A stretch of DNA of 64,000 bases from Eukaryota sp. TZLM1-RC. Taxonomy: Eukaryota > Protista > Metamonada: BaSk clade. Under the pieces are notes generated by a model. It was not told the origin of the DNA, searched no databases, and saw nothing but the letters and a program-made list of their open reading frames with translations. Where the stretch lies: positions 2,728,001-2,792,000 of the forward strand of contig JAUPSS010000002.1 in assembly GCA_040285825.1 (NCBI GenBank), in the 5' to 3' direction. The stretch's first letter is position 1. Every line of letters starts with the position of its first letter. A program made the position numbers and the translations under genes. Below are positions 61,526 through 64,000 of the stretch, in pieces.

Positions 61526-63580
61526 ATGGATTCAATTCGGTTCCCTTCCGAAGCAATGCTTAATACTACTTTCTCCTCCCAGTTACATATAATTGATCCC
61601 CCTTCGGATCAAAAGCATGGAGTTTCTCGTATCTTCAGTTCTGCTGGACATGCCCTTCTCCTTACATTTTCTGGTGAAGCTTATCGTTGGGGCTGTTTAG
61701 GTGATGACCCATTTATTCTCAACAAGCCTTGCAAAATACCACTCAAATTACCCTTAAACAACATCAAATGCATTTCCACTTCCATCTATCATGTTCTTGT
61801 TCTTACTACTGCAGGCTCTGTTTATTCATGGGGACGGTACACATTGAAGCAAGTTAAAAAGCCAAACCTCATTGTTCTTCCTTTAAGAAAATTAAGAATC
61901 CCGTTTAAAATTAAAAGTATATATGCTGGTGATGAGTTGTCGCTTGCGTTGACTACTGAGGGACAAGTTATTCATTGGGGGAAATATCAAATTTACCATA
62001 CACTTCCTAAATTAAACAACATTATTTTTGTTAGTCGTTCTGTCTACACATTCGTGGTAATTGATAATAGCTTAAATTTCTATTTTGGACTTATTAGGCA
62101 CAATTTAACTAAAATTAATGTTATTGAACACCTAACTCCAAAAGAACTATCAGATTCTTGTCTTTTTCTTGACGATTTCCTGCTTTTCATTATTGATATT
62201 AATGGTTGTCTTTGGCGATGTAAATTTGCTGATTCATCAGATGTTAAACCCACCAAAGTTCAAGGTTTAACTAATATTGTTTTTATTAGTGGTTATTACG
62301 GTGTCTATGGGGCTGTCCGTGATGATGGTAAAGTTTTTGCATGGGGTGAATTGAATAGAATAAGTGAATTATATGAAAATAGTGGAGAACCAATATGTAT
62401 TGAAGCTTTAACTAATGTAGAAGGTGTTTCAGTCGGTAGTCATTTCATTTTTGCCTACAACAAAACCACTGTTTGGGCTTGGGGAAGGAACGATGAAGGT
62501 CAATTAGGTACAGGTGATTTGATTGATCGACCACAACCTGTCAAAGTATTTGGGTCTGAAATACTTGGCAGTTTTCATTATCAAAAACAACCTTTGGATA
62601 GAATGTTTAGTGGTCTAATTAAGCTAATATGCAGACAGTATTTGAATTATCTGAATGATTCTATTAGTAATCATCTCTATGTTAAACCCAAATTTTACAG
62701 CAAATGTGGTATTAGTAAGAGGGTAGCTCAATTCGCCAGAGAAGTGTTCAATGCTCATCCAATACACAACAAGATGTTTTTGAAAAACCCTCAAAATTTA
62801 AATTTAAATGAAACTTGTTGTGACTTACAATTGCGATTCTTTGGTCCATATAAGGGTCCGAAAATAATAAATGCTAGAATTAAAGAACTTGATGTTTACT
62901 ATTATGGTGTGGATTTCGATTCACAATTTTTTTCCCAATTTCCAAATGTGGAAGTTATTATTCTCAATGGTTCAGCAACTGAGCACAATATTTTAAATTT
63001 TCAACATTTACCTCGTCTCAAATTTTTGAAAATTGGTGATTATTATCGTTATTTTAATGCAATAATTGAACGGCTCCCTCTTTCACTAGAAACATTGGTT
63101 CTTCATAGCCACATTGATATTTCTGATATCAGTTATCTTGCTTCATTAAGAGAATGTGACGTAAAGGTGAGTTCGATTTGTGATAGAGTTTTTTTAAAAG
63201 GAGAATTGCCTTTACCTGATTCCATTGTGAAATTGAAAATTGAACTTTTAGATCCTGTCAACATTGAAATACAATTGCCTAATTTAAAGGAAATGATAAT
63301 TCAGGGTACAGTCCCTACCAATATCACTGAACAAAACTTTCCTTCTTTGAAGTTTGTTCAGATACTCAAACCTTCAAAAGAACATCTTTCACATTCTCCT
63401 CATTGTCCGATCAATTTGTTTGGTGATAATGTAATTAAATCTGTTGAATTAATCAAGAATGAATATTTACTTGAATTATCTTGTTTTCCATGGTGGATTC
63501 AATATTCCACTGATAAGTACTTGATTGAATTTTACAGAATTTTTCGCTCCTCTTTAAGTCAGCATGAGAACCATCAATAA
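61526..63580 (+). CDS. RCC1/BLIP-II beta-propeller + C-terminal LRR-like protein (684 aa from the probable native ATG)
   Basis: HALLLT..GEAYRWG, HVLVLTTAGSVYSWG, VWAWGRNDEGQLGTGD..RPQP; LPRLKFLKI, LPLSLETLVL, LPNLKEM. Confidence 0.88.
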   Translation: MDSIRFPSEAMLNTTFSSQLHIIDPPSDQKHGVSRIFSSAGHALLLTFSGEAYRWGCLGDDPFILNKPCKIPLKLPLNNIKCISTSIYHVLVLTTAGSVYSWGRYTLKQVKKPNLIVLPLRKLRIPFKIKSIYAGDELSLALTTEGQVIHWGKYQIYHTLPKLNNIIFVSRSVYTFVVIDNSLNFYFGLIRHNLTKINVIEHLTPKELSDSCLFLDDFLLFIIDINGCLWRCKFADSSDVKPTKVQGLTNIVFISGYYGVYGAVRDDGKVFAWGELNRISELYENSGEPICIEALTNVEGVSVGSHFIFAYNKTTVWAWGRNDEGQLGTGDLIDRPQPVKVFGSEILGSFHYQKQPLDRMFSGLIKLICRQYLNYLNDSISNHLYVKPKFYSKCGISKRVAQFAREVFNAHPIHNKMFLKNPQNLNLNETCCDLQLRFFGPYKGPKIINARIKELDVYYYGVDFDSQFFSQFPNVEVIILNGSATEHNILNFQHLPRLKFLKIGDYYRYFNAIIERLPLSLETLVLHSHIDISDISYLASLRECDVKVSSICDRVFLKGELPLPDSIVKLKIELLDPVNIEIQLPNLKEMIIQGTVPTNITEQNFPSLKFVQILKPSKEHLSHSPHCPINLFGDNVIKSVELIKNEYLLELSCFPWWIQYSTDKYLIEFYRIFRSSLSQHENHQ

Positions 63581-64000
63581 CCTGTGGATAAATATTATCT
63601 TTTTAGTTTGTACAATTTTGAACAATAAAACAGATTTATGTATAACTTCTCATCTTTTTATAATTTTGCTCTTTTCATAATAAAGATGTTTATTTAGTGG
63701 TTTAGGCCGATTTTTGAAATTACTGTGCAGGATGTTGTTGACAGGTGAATGAATGAATCGTGAGTCATTGTTAACAAATACGAGTCTAATACACTTGAAC
63801 CTTGTCGACATTAAAGCTGCGTTACTGCTGCAAAAACCCTATTTTCCAAGAATTGTCCATTCTGGCAGGCCTGATTCGAGAATATAATGACTCGCTGAAC
63901 AGCTACACGTAATAATGTTGATTTCCATATTATCATCATGTTATATCATAAACAGCCAAGCTTTCCAGAAGTTCAGTTTTTTCTACTACGTGGGTCATAA

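Overview
AT-rich, gene-sparse eukaryotic DNA from an intron-poor, flagellated protist. It uses the standard genetic code, and several genes have AATAAA within ~15 nt of the stop. The GTWYGT...A-N4-AG intron style suggests a metamonad-like anaerobe, but that is inference only. Host genes: a 5'-partial SERCA-type Ca2+-ATPase, a secreted two-saposin protein, a GAF/Zn-ribbon/receiver protein, outer-arm dynein IC1 (DNAI1), a Tom22-like protein, a ~9,612-aa cell-surface multi-TM protein (28.8 kb, one 30-nt intron missed by the ORF track), a degenerate FGGY kinase, a Skp1 paralogue and an RCC1+LRR protein. Features invisible to the ORF track: (i) a non-coding snoRNA host gene whose three ~120-nt introns each carry a box C/D snoRNA (one U34/snR62-like, two identical U18-like); (ii) two Fanzor1 (eukaryotic TnpB/Cas12-like) relics, one with a C-terminal CCHC knuckle and a structured downstream omegaRNA candidate; (iii) a decayed chromodomain Ty3/Gypsy element with a 79-bp LTR. 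Intergenic DNA is a patchwork of ~11 fragments of RLE-type (CRE-like) non-LTR retrotransposons, hAT-like ends and a DUF2177-like gene scrap. All family assignments come from motif recognition by eye; no searches were run.
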